This document shows, piece after piece, positions 42,301 to 56,900 of a DNA stretch of 64,000 nt. Within the stretch, counting starts at the first letter, position 1. Every line of letters starts with the position of its first letter. The notes under the pieces were generated by a model. It was not told the DNA's origin, ran no database searches, and was given only the letters and a program-made list of their open reading frames with translations. Origin of the DNA: Phoronis australis (Eukaryota; Animalia; Phoronida); NCBI GenBank assembly GCA_002633005.1, contig NMRA01000203.1, positions 566,393 through 630,392 on the forward strand. Direction: 5' to 3'. A program made the position numbers and the translations under genes.

Positions 42301-45300
42301 ACATACATGCAATGTGTCTTTATTACCATTCCTCAAATTCACACGTACAGATCTATTTGTGAATGTGTTTCACATGTTTAGCTGTAGTGAAAAAAGTCCT
42401 CAATTAAATTAGCTTGGTGCTGTTCCCATCACAGTAGAGCAAGGGGTCAGACTGTTGTGCACCGGAACATAATGTGGCACAGAGAAGCACAGTGACCTTG
42501 GAATGTAGAATACAGCAGCTTCTGCGGAACACGTCTCACACTGTGTTGTCTTCCAGCAAATGGAATCTAACCACACACCTCTTTCAACGTATCCAGTATC
42601 TGACCCTGTATTGCACGCAGATATTCAAATAGTTTACGATTGGGTTCACGGAGGATTAGTATTCGCGGGCAGTAAAGTTCAAAGACCTTCACCCAACAAA
42701 ATTCTTTGCTCCCTCTTTTCCATTTAATATGAAGATGAAGTTTTCAACCAATGATCGAGATTTTTAAATAACTATTTACAAAAACGCATTTCCAATCTTG
42801 GGTTGTTCTTCGTAGTACCCGGTAACTGTAAAAGAGAAAAGAAAAACAACGATCACATATACTTGGGAGCCATTTTGATACGTAAGTGTTCTCCACGACC
42901 AGTTTTAACATGCCGCTTCAACAGGGTAGAGTTCAGTAATACTAGGACCTCTCAAACATCTAGCCAAAATCAAGCGTTCTCAATTAAAATACATGGCAAC
43001 ATCTTACGTAATCTTGCGAAGTCTTGCTTTTCAACGAAGTCCTAGCATTATTGAACTCAGGCCAGGTTTGCCGGTGCATCCATCTGGTTTGGGTAACCTG
43101 CAACATACGGGCTTTTTTTGCCCGTAACAAAGAATGCCAGCCAGGTCAAGTCCAGTCAGGTCTTTCTGACAGGATTGGATTTTCACCGACTATTATTTGG
43201 CATGACACACACAACAGGAAATTGTCACACATGAATAGGATTCTAGACATGATCAATCTTATTTAATAACTTGAAAATTTCAACCATTAAAAGAATGTGC
43301 CCAATGGGATTGTGTCATTCTGTACCAGTCAATGTGGCAAATGGTTGACCTAGATCACACCTGACCTGATGCAAGAAACCCCGAACACTTAAAACTGTCT
43401 TTGTTTACAATTCAATTTGAACCCAAAATGTAAAAATGTGGTGATAGTCTACTGTTTATGACCATAATATTCCGCAGCAGGACTGATTCCACATCAGGAC
43501 TTAACGTCGAAATGGATGATTAAAACAGGAAACACGAAACTTTTCAACAGTTGACTCTGTAGTTGTAAGTCTACGCCAAAGGAGAATGACTGCCTGAGCC
43601 TCGATTCGCTTTTTTCAAAACATGGACAAAAATGGATTTACATGTATCTATGGCACTGCACTAAAGACTGGTATAAAGGTTAAGATCTTGGCCACTTACC
43701 TTTAATATGAAAGTACTTTTAACAGGAAAATTAAGCGAGAAACTCTCACTTCGTCATCGAGAATTCTCTCTATGAAGTCCCCACCACAGCACACAAGATT
43801 ACGCTTACACAGTGGTGAATGGGTGCGCATAAAATACCGAGGCCACCCCTTCGCTTTACTTGACTTTTAGTCAATGTTGGCATGGTTTCTTTGAATTCTC
43901 TTGCCTCCGAAAATTGAGCAGGCGACCTAGTAAGCCTAAACGGTAAACGCAGGCCGCGGAAAAATACCTCTGAATTGTGTTTTGCTTTGAGAAAGTAGCA
44001 CCTACGCAGGTTTGACTAAGGCCATGACTCATTAAGACAAAGAAAAAAAACACGCCAGGGATTTACGGCCACAGAACCTGGCGCTTTTCTATTGCAGGAA
44101 CAATTGGGAAGGAGGCGTTGGGCGGGGCGGGGGCAGGTGTCCTTGCGGCTTCTTTCAAGTTGACAATGTTTCTGTCTGACGGAGTCAAACGCCAGTTACC
44201 CACTCAACATCCGGGTATGAAGTTCGCGTTTTAATGTATAGATGATGCTGGAAGGTAACTTATCATCCTTCACACTCTAACAGAGTCAGTGACATGAACA
44301 TTCATTCTATATAATTATCTAGTTAACAATTTCTGCAGACAGCAGTACCGCACTAGCAATATTTACTAACCAGCCACAAACAACTTTCTTCCAGACAGTC
44401 TCTTTGTGCTCCAGAAATGCTGATCTGGCACTGTCTTTTGAGCTAAAAGATTTATGTAGTGACTCTCCGGCCAGATCTAACACTGGGTAGGTGGAGATCT
44501 GAAACCAAAATAAATATATCTAAGCCTCTGAGAACTTGATGACGAATGAAATATTTTCTGGTCAGATATGTCTCGAGCAACACAAGCCCGTCATAGGGCG
44601 AGAAGTTAAGGGCCAAAGCGCAAAATAACAAAAAATATAGAAACCGCAGTGTATGCTGTTTCGTCATAATTATAAGGGAAACCACACACTACTTCACTAC
44701 ATAAGACTCTATCCTGCATCTAATAGTCATTATCAAACAGCTGTGAAATAATGAATCTGCTAAATCAGTAGTACTAGTAGGTGAAAGTAACATTTAATTG
44801 ATCGGCATGTTGCTAAATTACTTTTGTTGTGTTAAGGTATTTGAATGACAAGCAAAATATGTCTTAGCTCAAAACATGAAATTGGGTGCTTTGTGTCTGC
44901 CCATCACGCCAAAGTCACTTTCATACTCTCACATTCAAGGCTTTGTGTCAGATGTTTTCCTCTCACTGTAAAATGGCATTGGAGACCAACTAGTGTGTGG
45001 AAAATTTCTGAGACAGCAGTCCAGAGGGGTACAATATGTCAGCTGAGAACTTAGAACATCCATCCTCCTAGAACGTTGACATTACAAAAAGGAAAATTTT
45101 TGAAGGAAGCCTATGTGCCAAAGGCCAGGTGACTGTGTGTAAGGCAGTACCATGAACCTTCTTACCAAAGTAAACAAATTGTTCAATTCTGGAAAATTTA
45201 CGTTCACTTGATGAAGAATGTACAGTTAACGGCAACACTAATTATTAAGAAATCTTTCATTTTTATTAGTTTTTAGTCAAACATTTTTTGACATGATACT

Positions 45301-46090
45301 CATAAAAATGGCTTGGTCAGTACATATTATGAAAACACTTCATTTCAGCATGAAGGGAGTAGCAACAATTGATGTAACAAAACATCCTCAAAGAAATCTT
45401 AGATCTTGGTGAATATTTATTGTCAGTATCAATCATGTTCATTACATAACATTAGCGGCTAACATATACAACAAATAAATAATCACTTTTAGGTTCTGTT
45501 AAAATTCATAACATCAATGTCTGAATAGTTTAAACAAAAATACGTTGTGTAAATTCACAAGCAAAGAACTTTGAGATGTGAGATATTACCCTTTGTCCCA
45601 GGCTACATTTATTACACAGAAATAGTTTGTAACTGCACTCAGCACTGGCAGCAAAACATGGCAGCAAAGTGTGTGGCTTTTTGATGACAAGACAAAAGAG
45701 GCAAAAATTTATGGAATGCACATTATCTTTAAACCTGGTCTAAGTCCAGTTCAAACCAGGTTTAACTCTAAACCACTTTTATGAAATCGACTGTCAAATC
45801 AGATTTAACTTTTACACATATTTTATGATTTAATGAATGTGTGCAAAATATCTATACAAATTTGGGGTTTTTTAAGTTAAATTAAGTAAAACTGTTTGAA
45901 ATCATGCAATTATCAGTTCAAGACGTGCCCATAGTTGAGCTCTCATCTTTCAGTAAGACTGTTAAAAACTCACTTCTCTATTAAGTGATATCTGACCAGG
46001 CTCTATAGAGAATACCAGCTCACTGTTGACCTCGCAAGTTGTGGCAGCTCCATCTGGTGGAGGTGGTGGAAAACTCAACAATGCACTCAT
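30189..46090 (-). CDS. AAAS: Aladin WD-repeat nucleoporin, 13 coding exons, ~508 aa
   Basis: Exons 45974-46090, 44371-44498, 41341-41396, 40168-40259, 39590-39636, 38227-38385, 37539-37622, 36416-36661, 35467-35718, 32384-32451, 31233-31299, 30549-30633 and 30189-30314 total 1527 nt with consistent phases. Aladin motifs: [57 protein letters not shown]. Confidence 0.93.
30549..30633 (-). CDS. AAAS: AAAS coding exon 12
   Basis: [28 protein letters not shown]; donor gtgagt. Confidence 0.9.
31233..31299 (-). CDS. AAAS: AAAS coding exon 11
   Basis: [22 protein letters not shown]; donor gtaag. Confidence 0.85.
32384..32451 (-). CDS. AAAS: AAAS coding exon 10 (duplicate at 34471-34538)
   Basis: [22 protein letters not shown]. 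Confidence 0.88.
35467..35718 (-). CDS. AAAS: AAAS coding exon 9 (duplicate at 33381-33632)
   Basis: [33 protein letters not shown]... Confidence 0.9.
36416..36661 (-). CDS. AAAS: AAAS coding exon 8
   Basis: [22 protein letters not shown]...[13 protein letters not shown]...PIFR. Confidence 0.92.
36881..37212. repeat. 50-bp minisatellite, ~6.6 copies (about 2 copies at 37448-37546)
   Basis: Unit taaagcaacacaaagtcatatttatcactggcagtgcagtaccttgctgt. Confidence 0.95.
37539..37622 (-). CDS. AAAS: AAAS coding exon 7
   Basis: [28 protein letters not shown]. Confidence 0.9.
38227..38385 (-). CDS. AAAS: AAAS coding exon 6
   Basis: [29 protein letters not shown]...[15 protein letters not shown]. Confidence 0.9.
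39590..39636 (-). CDS. AAAS: AAAS coding exon 5 (duplicate at 38876-38922)
   Basis: [16 protein letters not shown]; donor gtaag. Confidence 0.85.
40168..40259 (-). CDS. AAAS: AAAS coding exon 4
   Basis: [30 protein letters not shown]. Confidence 0.9.
41341..41396 (-). CDS. AAAS: AAAS coding exon 3
   Basis: 56 nt, [18 protein letters not shown]; phases fit the neighbouring exons. Confidence 0.75.
41600..41985 (-). repeat. HINE-like repeat in an AAAS intron
   Basis: Closely similar to 24040-24340. Confidence 0.65.
44371..44498 (-). CDS. AAAS: AAAS coding exon 2
   Basis: [14 protein letters not shown]...[20 protein letters not shown]. Confidence 0.85.
45974..46090 (-). CDS. AAAS: AAAS coding exon 1
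   Basis: [26 protein letters not shown]...; an acceptor-like tttatag lies directly before the ATG; donor gtgagt. Confidence 0.85.
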
Positions 46091-49000
46091 CTATAAAGAC
46101 ATATGAACAACAGTGCAAAATCAAGGCAATACAGGATTAGGCTTAGGGCTAGGCATGAGGTTTGGTTTAATGGTTATGAGTGGCTCCCCATAACCTTCTG
46201 TACATTTCCGTTGTGATTTCAAACACATTGACTATAATGGAGTTCAGTCTTCAATTTCGTTGATGGCATTAAGGACAATATGCCCATTTTAGAAAAATAA
46301 TGTTGACAGCCTGAATATTTGTTGGGGCTGGAAGTTTAAGACTTCAACTCAACTGTCTCCAGGTGCCTATCTACAATCAAAAGGTGGTAAAAGTCGAGTA
46401 AATGGGGCCCTCTTGAATATGACTGCTGAGTAATGGAAATTTCCGTTTTTCAGTGAAAACTGGTTCCCATGACCCATAGCCATTTTGAAGAAGGACCTCT
46501 ATATTAGACTTTTACCAGCATATTCTAAACACGCCCTTCTAAACTAAACTATCCGTTCTAAAGTAGTCGTTCTAAACTAGCCATTCTAGACTAGCCGTTC
46601 TAAACTAGACAATGACACATTCTAATCAATAATGTAAGACGGAAGATTTTGAACAAATTACTTTTAACCTGGGCAAAGCTATCATTTAAGTCAAGTTACT
46701 GTATACACCATTCAAGGTAAAAGTAATACTATGTGCTGGTATTGTGGCCTAGTCTAGAGCACCACCTAACAGCCAAATCACAGACACTCTTATCAACCGC
46801 TTGACATGATGCTACATATAATTACTAATAGAAAGCAGGCACTCAACTCACGAAGGTGACAGAGGCATCAGAATACCACATATTTAAAGTAAGTAATATA
46901 ACGTCGAGTAGGCAATAATATCGCCATGTAGTACACCCCTATAAAAAGTTACTCATCTCAAAATACAGTTAATAACATTGAATAAAACATGAATATTTAC
47001 CGACTTGGGTTTATGGGTTTTTAATGGTTATCAAAACCGAAATTGATGACATTAAATGCTCATGCATGCAAGTCATATTGATAACATTAAATGCTCATGC
47101 ATGCAAGTCATATTGATAACTCACATGGGGAAAGTGTCCTGAGAAAGTGTTACGCACCTCTCATTGTCGGCAATTTCGATTCTGACAACTCATGCTATGA
47201 ACAGTCCCACTAAATAAGATTGGTCCTAACCCCGGTCGTCAAAGTAAATGGTGGGGTATGAAAAATTTAACTAGATTGTATTTATCCGCCTGATAAGAGT
47301 AAAGGTGGATAAATGCGGTGTTCCTACAGTTTCTTGTGCTAGTGGATGTGTTCACGACATGTGTTAAAAAACTATAAACCACTGGCAGTAATTTAGGAAT
47401 TCATGGAAGCTTCAGTTTGGCGCAGGTATCAGTTTGGTTCACCACCAGACACCAAACTGAAGTGCACCAAATCAGTTTGGCGCAGCATCAGTTTGGGCTA
47501 CACCATAGCCAGCCATGTAACGTGGTCAATTGAAATACTTTCTAGTTATTGTACACAATGAAAAACTTACTAGTAGCGGCTACCATAAAAAGATTTGGAA
47601 TTCTTTGCCAAATTTATCTTAATTCCCGCAAACATGCTTCATCGAGGAGTCGAGGACATGTAATGATATAACCAGAATGGATCGCTGAAGATATTTAAAA
47701 GCATTTTTTAAGCGACGGTTGTAAGTGTAAAATATATTTTTGACATGGCGAATTTCGGTAATTGAATTTGGCCTACTGCCCATTTAAAATACACGACATG
47801 AGATTAATACAGAAAGTGATGGGAGTATAGTAGCCCCTACACAGCCAGCTAAACTACAAACGGTGGAGCTCCCCAGTAATGGGCGTTTCATACGCCACTA
47901 GTTTTTCGGTGAATTATGCCTCACACTGACTAAAACAACAGTCACCTTGCCTTTTGCGCGTAAAGGGACACTTAAGCCGGAGGTAGTTGATGTTTTTAAT
48001 TCCTTCCAACTCCAACAAATACTCCCGTTATCAAACTTTTTCTTCGAGCAGTCCCTCGGCCAGTTCCCAAAATTAGTAACGCACCATTTTTACACTGCGC
48101 GTGCCAGGGGATGTGACGTCATACCACGTGCCATGTGCAGTGTTAAAAATGGCGAGTTACTGATCTTGGGAACTGAACGAGGGACTGCTCGAAGAAAAAG
48201 TTTGAAAACAGTGAGTATTTCGTCGAGTTCAATACATTGACGTAGGGACGTGACAAAAAATTTCAAATTCTTATTTAATATTTAAAAATGCATTGATTTA
48301 ATAAAACATCAAAAACAGAGTCAAACAAAAAAAAAATTAACAAAATCCATTAAGCCGTTGACTTTTTATGAACGTTTGAAGAGCGATAATTAGCCCTTTT
48401 TTTTAGTCCTCTGAATACATGGGAGTAAATGCGCATTCATGTGACCCAAAATTAGTTTTTTNCTGATCTTGGGAACTGAACGAGGGACTGCTCGAAGAAA
48501 AAGTTTGAAAACAGTGAGTATTTCGTCGAGTTCAATACATTGACGGCCTCCTGAGGTGTCCCTCTATGGCACTCGACTGCACGAAAGGTACTTATAGCAA
48601 CGTAACTTTCATTTTTTAATCAGTGTGAGTCACAATTCGCCGAAAAGCTTCCGGCGTAATGAAGTACACCTATAGGAGCTCTACCGTTTGTGGTCTGTAC
48701 GGTAGTTTAACTAGACGCCAGACGGTGGTCACTCACTGTCCACTGTGGCCTGAGATTAAGCCACCGGCAAAGAGTCCTTTGTATATTGACTACACTCACT
48801 TCAGATTGCTCTCTTCTTTTGTTAATTTAGCAACGCACACATTTAAAATTCACAAAACCAAAAACAATGCTGCAAAGGTAAACCACGTTCTCAGTCGATT
48901 GTAAAAAACTCAAAAAAACTGCGGGACTTCCAAATCGTACCTCCTTTTATAAAGAGGTCCACCAGAGTTTGCCACCTAGTGGCAAAGTAAAGAGTGTTAG

Positions 49001-50254
49001 GCGTGTAGCCGCCGGCGGGGTTTACCTCGCAGAAAGTTGGCCAGCACTAGCACCAAGAACTGTAATTAGCTAAATTAATTAATTTGTTTGTCTTACTGAC
49101 GTGTTCATTTTCTTACGTAAATCCGGTCACATTATATCCACATGGAACTATTGGTCAGATTCTTTTTCCCCTATTTTTAAGTCAATTCTTCTCGGAGGTT
49201 GCTACCATGACTAGGCCATAACAAATTATCGGAACTGGTTTTATTTCGTTACAAGTTTTTGGTATTTTAATACCAGAAAACGAAATGTCAGAACAAATTT
49301 TGCAGCAGTGATCCGCCCAAATAGGAGTGTGAATGCCCTGTGGGTTCAGAAATTCCGAATCCGTTAATCGCCGCCAACCCGGCCCTCCCCCCGGTGGCTG
49401 TTGCAAGGAAAATTAAACAGCGGCAGCGTGAAAAAATATCCAGTGCAATTTGGAACGGCAGCGTGGGGCCAGAGCGTTTTTTAGTCCTCCGATAGACATG
49501 AATTTGGGTACACCAGGGTCCCACACCTTTCCGGCCGTCTGACGGTAGTCCGAGGCAACATCTTGCCCCCCCCCCCCTTAGTGGTATCCTAGATCCGGCA
49601 ATTCAACCTATAGATGAAAAGAAAAGACAGTCCAAACAAAAGCGCCGTTTTCGATAATGAAATGCTAACTACTCAACACCACCTCTCGCGGCCATCTACC
49701 CTACATATAAAATAATACTAATCTAACTTAATACTGGGTGAAAATAGTTTCCAACCAGGTGAAAATAGTTTCCACCTAGGTTGAATTATTTCCACCTAGG
49801 TGGAAAATGAAAAATGAAAAAATATTTAAACAAAAGTAGCGATGATACTTTCGGGCCACCGTATCAACGACACAGATCTCGATAGTTTCACTCGTAGCAT
49901 AGATTATCCTACGGACTTGCAGTGTCGTCAGTGGTAGCGCGGTGCGTCTTCGAAGTGGACCCAGTGGGGGCCACTTACTCAATCTAACATCAAAGGCTTA
50001 ATCACAAAGACATCGGGGCTGGTATTCCAAGTAAAGTACAGGGTCCTGCGTACGGTGTAGGTCGATCAGGTTGGCAATCAATGGCGATTCGTCGTACCCG
50101 CACGGCGACTTTTGGTGGGGGAGTGCGTGTACCACTCCAGGGAACTAACCTGTCAATAGCCGCACCGTTACAATTATTATGTCGGGGCGTAAGCATAAAA
50201 AAATAATAAAACCAAAAACACGGGCGCGAATATTTTTGCACCTGGATCAGAATA

Positions 50255-50330
50255 TCAGGAACCCCAACTGGGAATCGAACCATAGGTCTCTAAATTGTCG
50301 GTCTAGCTGGTGCTCTTACCACTGAAATAT
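50255..50330 (-). mobile_element. tRNA-like SINE head
   Basis: Minus strand tcagtggtaagagcacc...ggttcgattccc. Confidence 0.45.
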
Positions 50331-52619
50331 TGAAGACCCTGTGCAATTACTGTTTGCAACCAACTGTTATGCCATACATCCCATGAGCGGAGTTTCTCCT
50401 TTTACGCACGAGGTTTGGACAATTATCATAATCAGTTGAGTAGTCAGTGAGTAGACTAGGTGAGCAGAGGTGAGGGCGCTATCTAATCGTCGCATGCCTT
50501 GAGTACTGAGCTAGGTATACGTATATAACAGCAAGCGCTTAATCATGTCAAGCCTGTACGCTATTTTATTTAGAACTAGGACGAATATCAAATATATTAC
50601 TCCCAGATTTAGAACGACCGTTCTTTTTTGATCCGTGACTTGGGTGTGCACGTCTACGTTCCCAACCAACCGCTGGAGTACTCTATGTATTGGCTGCAAC
50701 ATGTGAGTGACAGATGACTCATATATATCTCATATATATCTCCCGGCTTGATAATTTCTTGCCGACTTATTATTTCTCTGCTGCAACTAGTTATGACCTA
50801 TGACCCTCGTTTGGCAAGTACACTGTAATAGCCAAGGCAGCGATTGTCATCTTCACGTTTGTTTTTTTGCGTTTTAATGAGACGTACATTCACACACACA
50901 CCCCGTTAATTGACGACATTTCTGAGTCCTATCGTATACCGGGACCTCGTGCGCAAACAATGGGCCGCCGGACGGACCAGTGCAGCAGTGATTTATTGTC
51001 GGGTATTTTGTTAGGTGGATAATCAGGACATCTTACGTGAAAAATAAATGTTTTTCCACCACAGAGTTCGGTGAGTTTATGGTTGTCTATAATTAGCACG
51101 AAACGTAGCTGTTGTGTGGCGTTTTACATGGGTGCAAATACTTCGAAACTTGGTTCGCCGTGAATGAATCGATAGCGCCCTGTCAGAGGTCAACGTCGCT
51201 GCTCAGTGTGTTGGGTTCGAAGGGTGCTTTGCCTGACACGATTGTCTTTGTTAGAAATCTCGATCGACATTGATGCATAACGTAGGCGATGTTTCTAAGT
51301 GGTGACGTTCCTTGAGCAAACTGTTTGTCTACTGTCCATGCAGGCGACCAGCTGTTTAGGCTGTAGTTTGTGCGGTAAAGTGCTGGTCACAAAGATGATG
51401 TCAATACACCAGTCGACTGTGACAGGTCAAGAAAATGAGAGGGGTTTCCGATGGGGTCACATAATATAGGGAGGGGGGACTAGGGGGCAAAAAAATGTCT
51501 AATAATTAATTAGTGGTTGTGTGGATCGAATGAAACGAAACAAAGATATGTTGCACAAAACTGTACATATGTATTTTACACATCTAAAAGGCAGTTGGCT
51601 TATTAATTGCGGTTGAAACATTCCACTAGAAGGCCCATCATGCTCAACTGTAGACGCTCTGGCTATTGTCAGCACTCCTCTCGGTGTTTGAGCAAACCCC
51701 CCTGCATAGTGTGCACTTTGCCTTATGGACAGAGGTCAGCTCAAGCCTAGCTATTAAGTAGATGACATACGAACGCCTCTGCAGCTTATCACTGACACGC
51801 CGTTAATTTTTATTGCACTATCTCCCTCCTTGAAGGAGTATGAAATTATAAAGTAAGACTGGGAATACATGCCAGTGATCATAGACTCATTGGGTAAGTC
51901 TGCAGGGGACTACCGTGGTAACTACATTTCTTGTATTGTTTTCTGTGGTAATTGTGGTGGACCATGGTGTTGTTTTTTTTTGCTTGGCTATTTCGGTCTT
52001 TTATAGGACACTAAATCCCGTTTTGCTGGTTTCATGGAATCAATTTACACTCCGTGGTCTTTCTGATAATGCGCCATGACGCCATCGCTGAGATGTCGCC
52101 ACCGGCCACGCAAAGCAATATGGGTAATATTTTGGAGTTCCTTGCGGAATATGGCCGCGCGTGCAAGGCAGAGGCTCCGTCGCTGGTTCCCAGCGAGAGA
52201 CAGAGGATGCGTCTCACTCGAGTAATAAGGTTTTGCTTGAACTTGGTGATCTCAAAATCCCGTATGTTTGAACTTGGAATTCACATCTAGTGGTTATTAA
52301 AGCAATTAATTGAAACTTGTTGTTCAGTATATTTTTGTTATTAATTGATCCCACATTCCCCATCTTGCACTCATTTAGGCCTAAGTTTTCTGTTACCAGA
52401 ATTTGTGTCACAAAGTCGGAAGAATATGGGATCGGTCAATCAATAATCGTGAATAAGATCGTCGGTAGTTGAAAAAAGGCGAATAGAAATAATCAATATT
52501 TTACTAACGTGATTTTGCTTTTGAGAATGCAGTGTATTATTTAACAATGTGAACGTTACTATTTGAGTGAACTTGCCGAATATAATCAGCTTGCATTGTA
52601 GGCATTCTTTCTTTCTCTT

Positions 52620-52808
52620 CTTTACTCTTCACACTCGAAATCAAGTATTCCGAAGTGGTTCTCATACATTCCCTTACTAGTAAGACCGAGCTCAGAGGAG
52701 TAGGAGACACTTTTGTGCAATGCTCAATTGTCAGCCGCGAAAGCCAGGATTCGATCTTGCATCTCACAAACGGAAGTCTGGAGCTCAAACCACTGAGCCA
52801 CACTGTCT
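52620..52808 (-). mobile_element. tRNA-derived SINE, same family as 8950-9110
   Basis: A box TGGCTCAGTGG and B-box-like GATCGAATCC; shared body gtgtctcc.actcctctgagctcg.tcttactag. Confidence 0.65.
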
Positions 52809-53722
52809 TCGCAAGACAGGATACTTCACTATGATTAATGAGATAAATTCAAGTATAATCCACCACAGTAGCGGCTCACTGTGCCAGAGACAATTGACGG
52901 CAAATCTTACGCTAACAGAATTTGCACGCAAATGCACGAACAAGCGTGCAGTTCACCCCCAGAGTATCCAGCGAATACTTCGGCACGTCATGGACTTGAT
53001 GACAACCGGACAAATTGTGGAGAGATAATTGCGGTCACAACTAGCGCACCTGTTTAGCTTACCAGTTTCAAAGTTAAAAAAACGAAGGCAAACTACCATA
53101 ATGTCTGTTTTTGAAATTAAAAAGTAATATTATCTGTCTTTGTATCCTTAAAGTCTATGCATTATAAGATAAGAGAAATTAGCGAATATTTTTTTCACCA
53201 GCGCGGCTAAAGCCTCACACATTCATTTGTGAATCGATTATGGCGGGTTAGCGTTGGAGTTGCCTCATATACTCCTATTTAAGTGCTGTTTTTTCTATTG
53301 TCTTATTTTCTGAAGCAAAGTTTAACTTGACGCCCTGCAAACAAAATGTTCGATGTAGGCCTACAGAGCGCACATGTTCCATGGTATGTCACGCCAGGGG
53401 TTAATTAACGTCTGATTACCCATGCCGTAGCCAGGTATTGCGACGGTCATTGCTAATTTATACACTCTCATGTCGTCAGCCGTCTACGTCACATTGGATA
53501 AGTAAGTGAGTACCTTTTTTAATCCCTAAGAAATGAAACAAATGAATAAAAGGCATGTTTCCCATCGTGTGATTGACCGTAATTCACTTTTTTGTTGGTA
53601 GTAATTTAAATCACGAAGTAAGTAACTGTGCGACATTGATGCACCTGATGTTTTGTTTTCCTACGGTATTTCAGTGAACTTTATTTTTAGGTTTAGTCTG
53701 ACTGGAGATATCTTTTGATAAG

Positions 53723-53920
53723 ATGACTACAACGCCACCTACCAAACGACTAATTATCATTGATTGCGACCCTGGTGTGGACGATGCTCATGCTATTATG
53801 ATGGCGTTGAGTAGGCCGGAAGTTCAACTTCTCGCCATAACAGTGGTGCGAGGAAACTGTGGAGTTGAACAAGGCTGTTTGAACGCATTGAAAGTCCTGA
53901 AAGTGTGCAACGAAATAAAA
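53723..53920 (+). CDS. Nucleoside hydrolase exon 1
   Basis: LIIIDCDPGVDDAHAIMMAL; donor gtatgc. Confidence 0.9.
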
Positions 53921-56900
53921 GTATGCTACTGATTTGAAAAAGCGCCAGTAGTTGCAAATCTACTCTAGTGGTCTTTAAAGTGGCAGTCTGCCAAATCACT
54001 GACGTTAACATTTTATTCCACTGCTCTGTACTGGTCGTAACTTGTGACTTGTCTTGTTACCTTCAGCGATTGGTAACTTGTTTCGCCTCTGTTCTGTCAC
54101 ATGTGTCTACTTTGAACTTCCCTCTGTCAAAGAGTAAAGAGTTACCATTGTAAAACTGGTGTCAAATTCTTTATTACCCACATTAGAAATGATTTTGGGG
54201 GATTGGAAAGGATCGTCAGATCATTAGGCTTTGGCTTAATGACACGCCAAGTTAAATTAACTTCTGGGGCTAGAAATCACTTAAAATCTGAATAAATAAC
54301 GATGTGAGACCAATAAGTAATTTCATCCTTTTGTTGGTTTAAGCATCTGACGAATTTCATGAGACACATTCGATTACTTACAATAAAAACGTTTTCGAGC
54401 ATCAATGGCAGTGCGGTCCTCTTCAGAAAAATGGCTGCGGTGGAGTTGCAGAGTTCCCCATCTGACGTTTGACGTCGTATCACGGAACCCAAGGCAGGAA
54501 CTTCATCACGTGACTGCAATTCCACCAAACCATCATTTTAAGGATGACCACAGCGGCTACTGATGGTCAAAGACTTTCAAGTTATTGTATGTTTTCTATT
54601 GTGTCTCATGAAATTCTGACCGACTGAATGTGAACCAGTTTTATAACAGCAATTGGTATAGTCATTTTTTAACTGATGGCATGTTTATAACACCTTTGAA
54701 TTTATAAATGTGAAGCCACCAATTCTACCATAAGTGAGTTCATTCAACTTTTCATTGCATTTTAGGTGCCTGTGTATCAGGGAGCTCACTGTGCCTTATT
54801 AGGAGATGACTTCAGTACGCAGCCAGCCATAGCAATTCATGGGTCAGACGGTCTTGGGGACGTCTCTGATAGTGACACCCCAGATGCTGGTCTAATCCAA
54901 CAGGAACATGCAGCGCAGGCAATAGTTAATTTGGTCAAACAGAACCGAGGTTGGTTTTCTATGTAATGCGCGTATGCATGCTGCGTGTGCGTGCGTTCGA
55001 AGTTTTTGTGTGTGCGACGAGATATGAGTAGGTTTTTTAAGAAACCCCAGCACAATTCTTGTTATTCTGTACTTACACATATGCACGAGTCCAGCATTAG
55101 ACTCGTGTATATGTAGATGTAGAATGTTAACAACAATTGTGCTGGGCTGTCTACTGCTTATTTTGCCACAAACCAACGTCATCAAATACGGAGATTTTCT
55201 TGCATTTTCAAAACTTAGACCATACAAGCAGCTTTGTCTCGAAATTTCTATCTATATTTTTGTGAATTTGATTTATTAATTGCAGTGATTAATGTTTATT
55301 AAGCACTTTGGAAATGTTGATTGAGGTACAAGCATGATATTCCCATTTTCATCTTAAACGAGCTTTTTTCGTAGGATTTGCAGAGCTGTCATCCGACACT
55401 ATGTCTTGATTAGAAATCACAAGGCTCCCTGTAAACTACAAATAGCTCGAACTCTTTCAAAATTCTCTATTTTCTAACCACTGTTAGGCCCTGTGCTTAT
55501 TGTGTTGTAGTTTCTTACAGTGTCGTTTAATCAGAAATTATTTTTATTATTATTTATAGCCTTTCAACTTTTCCATGACCTCGCAATTACACGTACACTG
55601 CGAGCAATAGAGTAGGTCACTGATTTCCGTTTTTATGCACCCACAAAAATCGTAGTGGTGCCCAGCATACCGCCTTTTCTTCGTTCGTCCGCTGTTCGTC
55701 GATTTTCTCAAAAAGCGTATCACGGTTCTATGATGAAATTTGGCAAACACTTTGTGTGGTGGGACGCGCTGGCACTCCTTGCTGACCGTTTACACTTATC
55801 GACAAGAAATGCCTTTGGGAAGACTGGTCGACGAATTTTACCGGAACTACACTGAGGGAGTTTGTGGGAATGCGCTGGCGCTTGCCGCTTGTCAAACAGG
55901 CCTGCTACCTTAACACCCCCTGATGTCAATTTTAGTTTCAACAAGATTTTCCATCTCCGTCGATTGTTTTCAAAACAGATTCCCCCATTCGATGGCACTT
56001 GACACAAGGTATGTCATATGTGCCGGCACCAGTCAAGCTAAGAACGGATTTGACTACCGTGGCACCCCCTGTTAGCCATCGGCCAAGAGATCCTTGACAC
56101 AGTTTTAAATTTGCTAGTACTGTTTAAACCATTGCGTGGAAAGACTTAAAAACGAAGCACACCTTTCAGCTTTGCCATATTTGATGGACACGATGAATGC
56201 AACGTTGTTATTGTAGTTTAGTTAACTGCTTAGTTTTTCATTTCAGAAAAAAATGTGTTCGTTGCCAGTGGATGTAGTCATCGATGTCATTATGTGGGAG
56301 TCTTTTTATTAGTTCACACATTGTGCATTTGTCGATCTCATTTTACAAAAAATCCATCTTCCATTTGGCTTACTCTCAATCCCCGTGGTGATTTTTTTGA
56401 AATCATTTGACAACAAGCATCTAGGAGCTCATTTTGATTTGGAAAATGCCAATCCAGCAAAGTTAAGCATTCTTCACTCTTCTGAGTTTAAAAGTTAATT
56501 TCTCTGCAACACTGTATATATCGCTCGAGAGAAGGGGTAAATGAATGATGGAACTGTGTGATGAACGATTTTTTATCTTAAGGAAATGTAACCTTGGTTG
56601 CCATTGGACCTCTTACGAATATTGCTTTGGCCACCAGGCTGTTTCCGCAACTTGGAACATTTCTCAAGGAAACTATCATTATGGGAGGGACAATTGAAGG
56701 TAAGCTGTTCACAGTACATTAGTTATACATTACCTTATTAATATTTTGTTTAACGAATTTCGTTGGCCATTCGCAACTTAGCTTGAAATATCTATTCATT
56801 TTATTTATCGGCGTAGTGTATTTATTGAGAACAGTTCCACTACTGTAAACAATTAATGTTAAAATGTATTTTTGGACAACAATTTCCAAAAATTGCTCTG

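Noticed and set aside
16398-46090. Functional steroid cluster of SRD5A and AAAS (human AAAS loss causes adrenal insufficiency)
   Set aside because: The genes are simply convergent neighbours, and nothing in the sequence indicates co-regulation.
48145-48545. Direct repeat around 48462
   Set aside because: It is a contig overlap at a single N within a foldback repeat.
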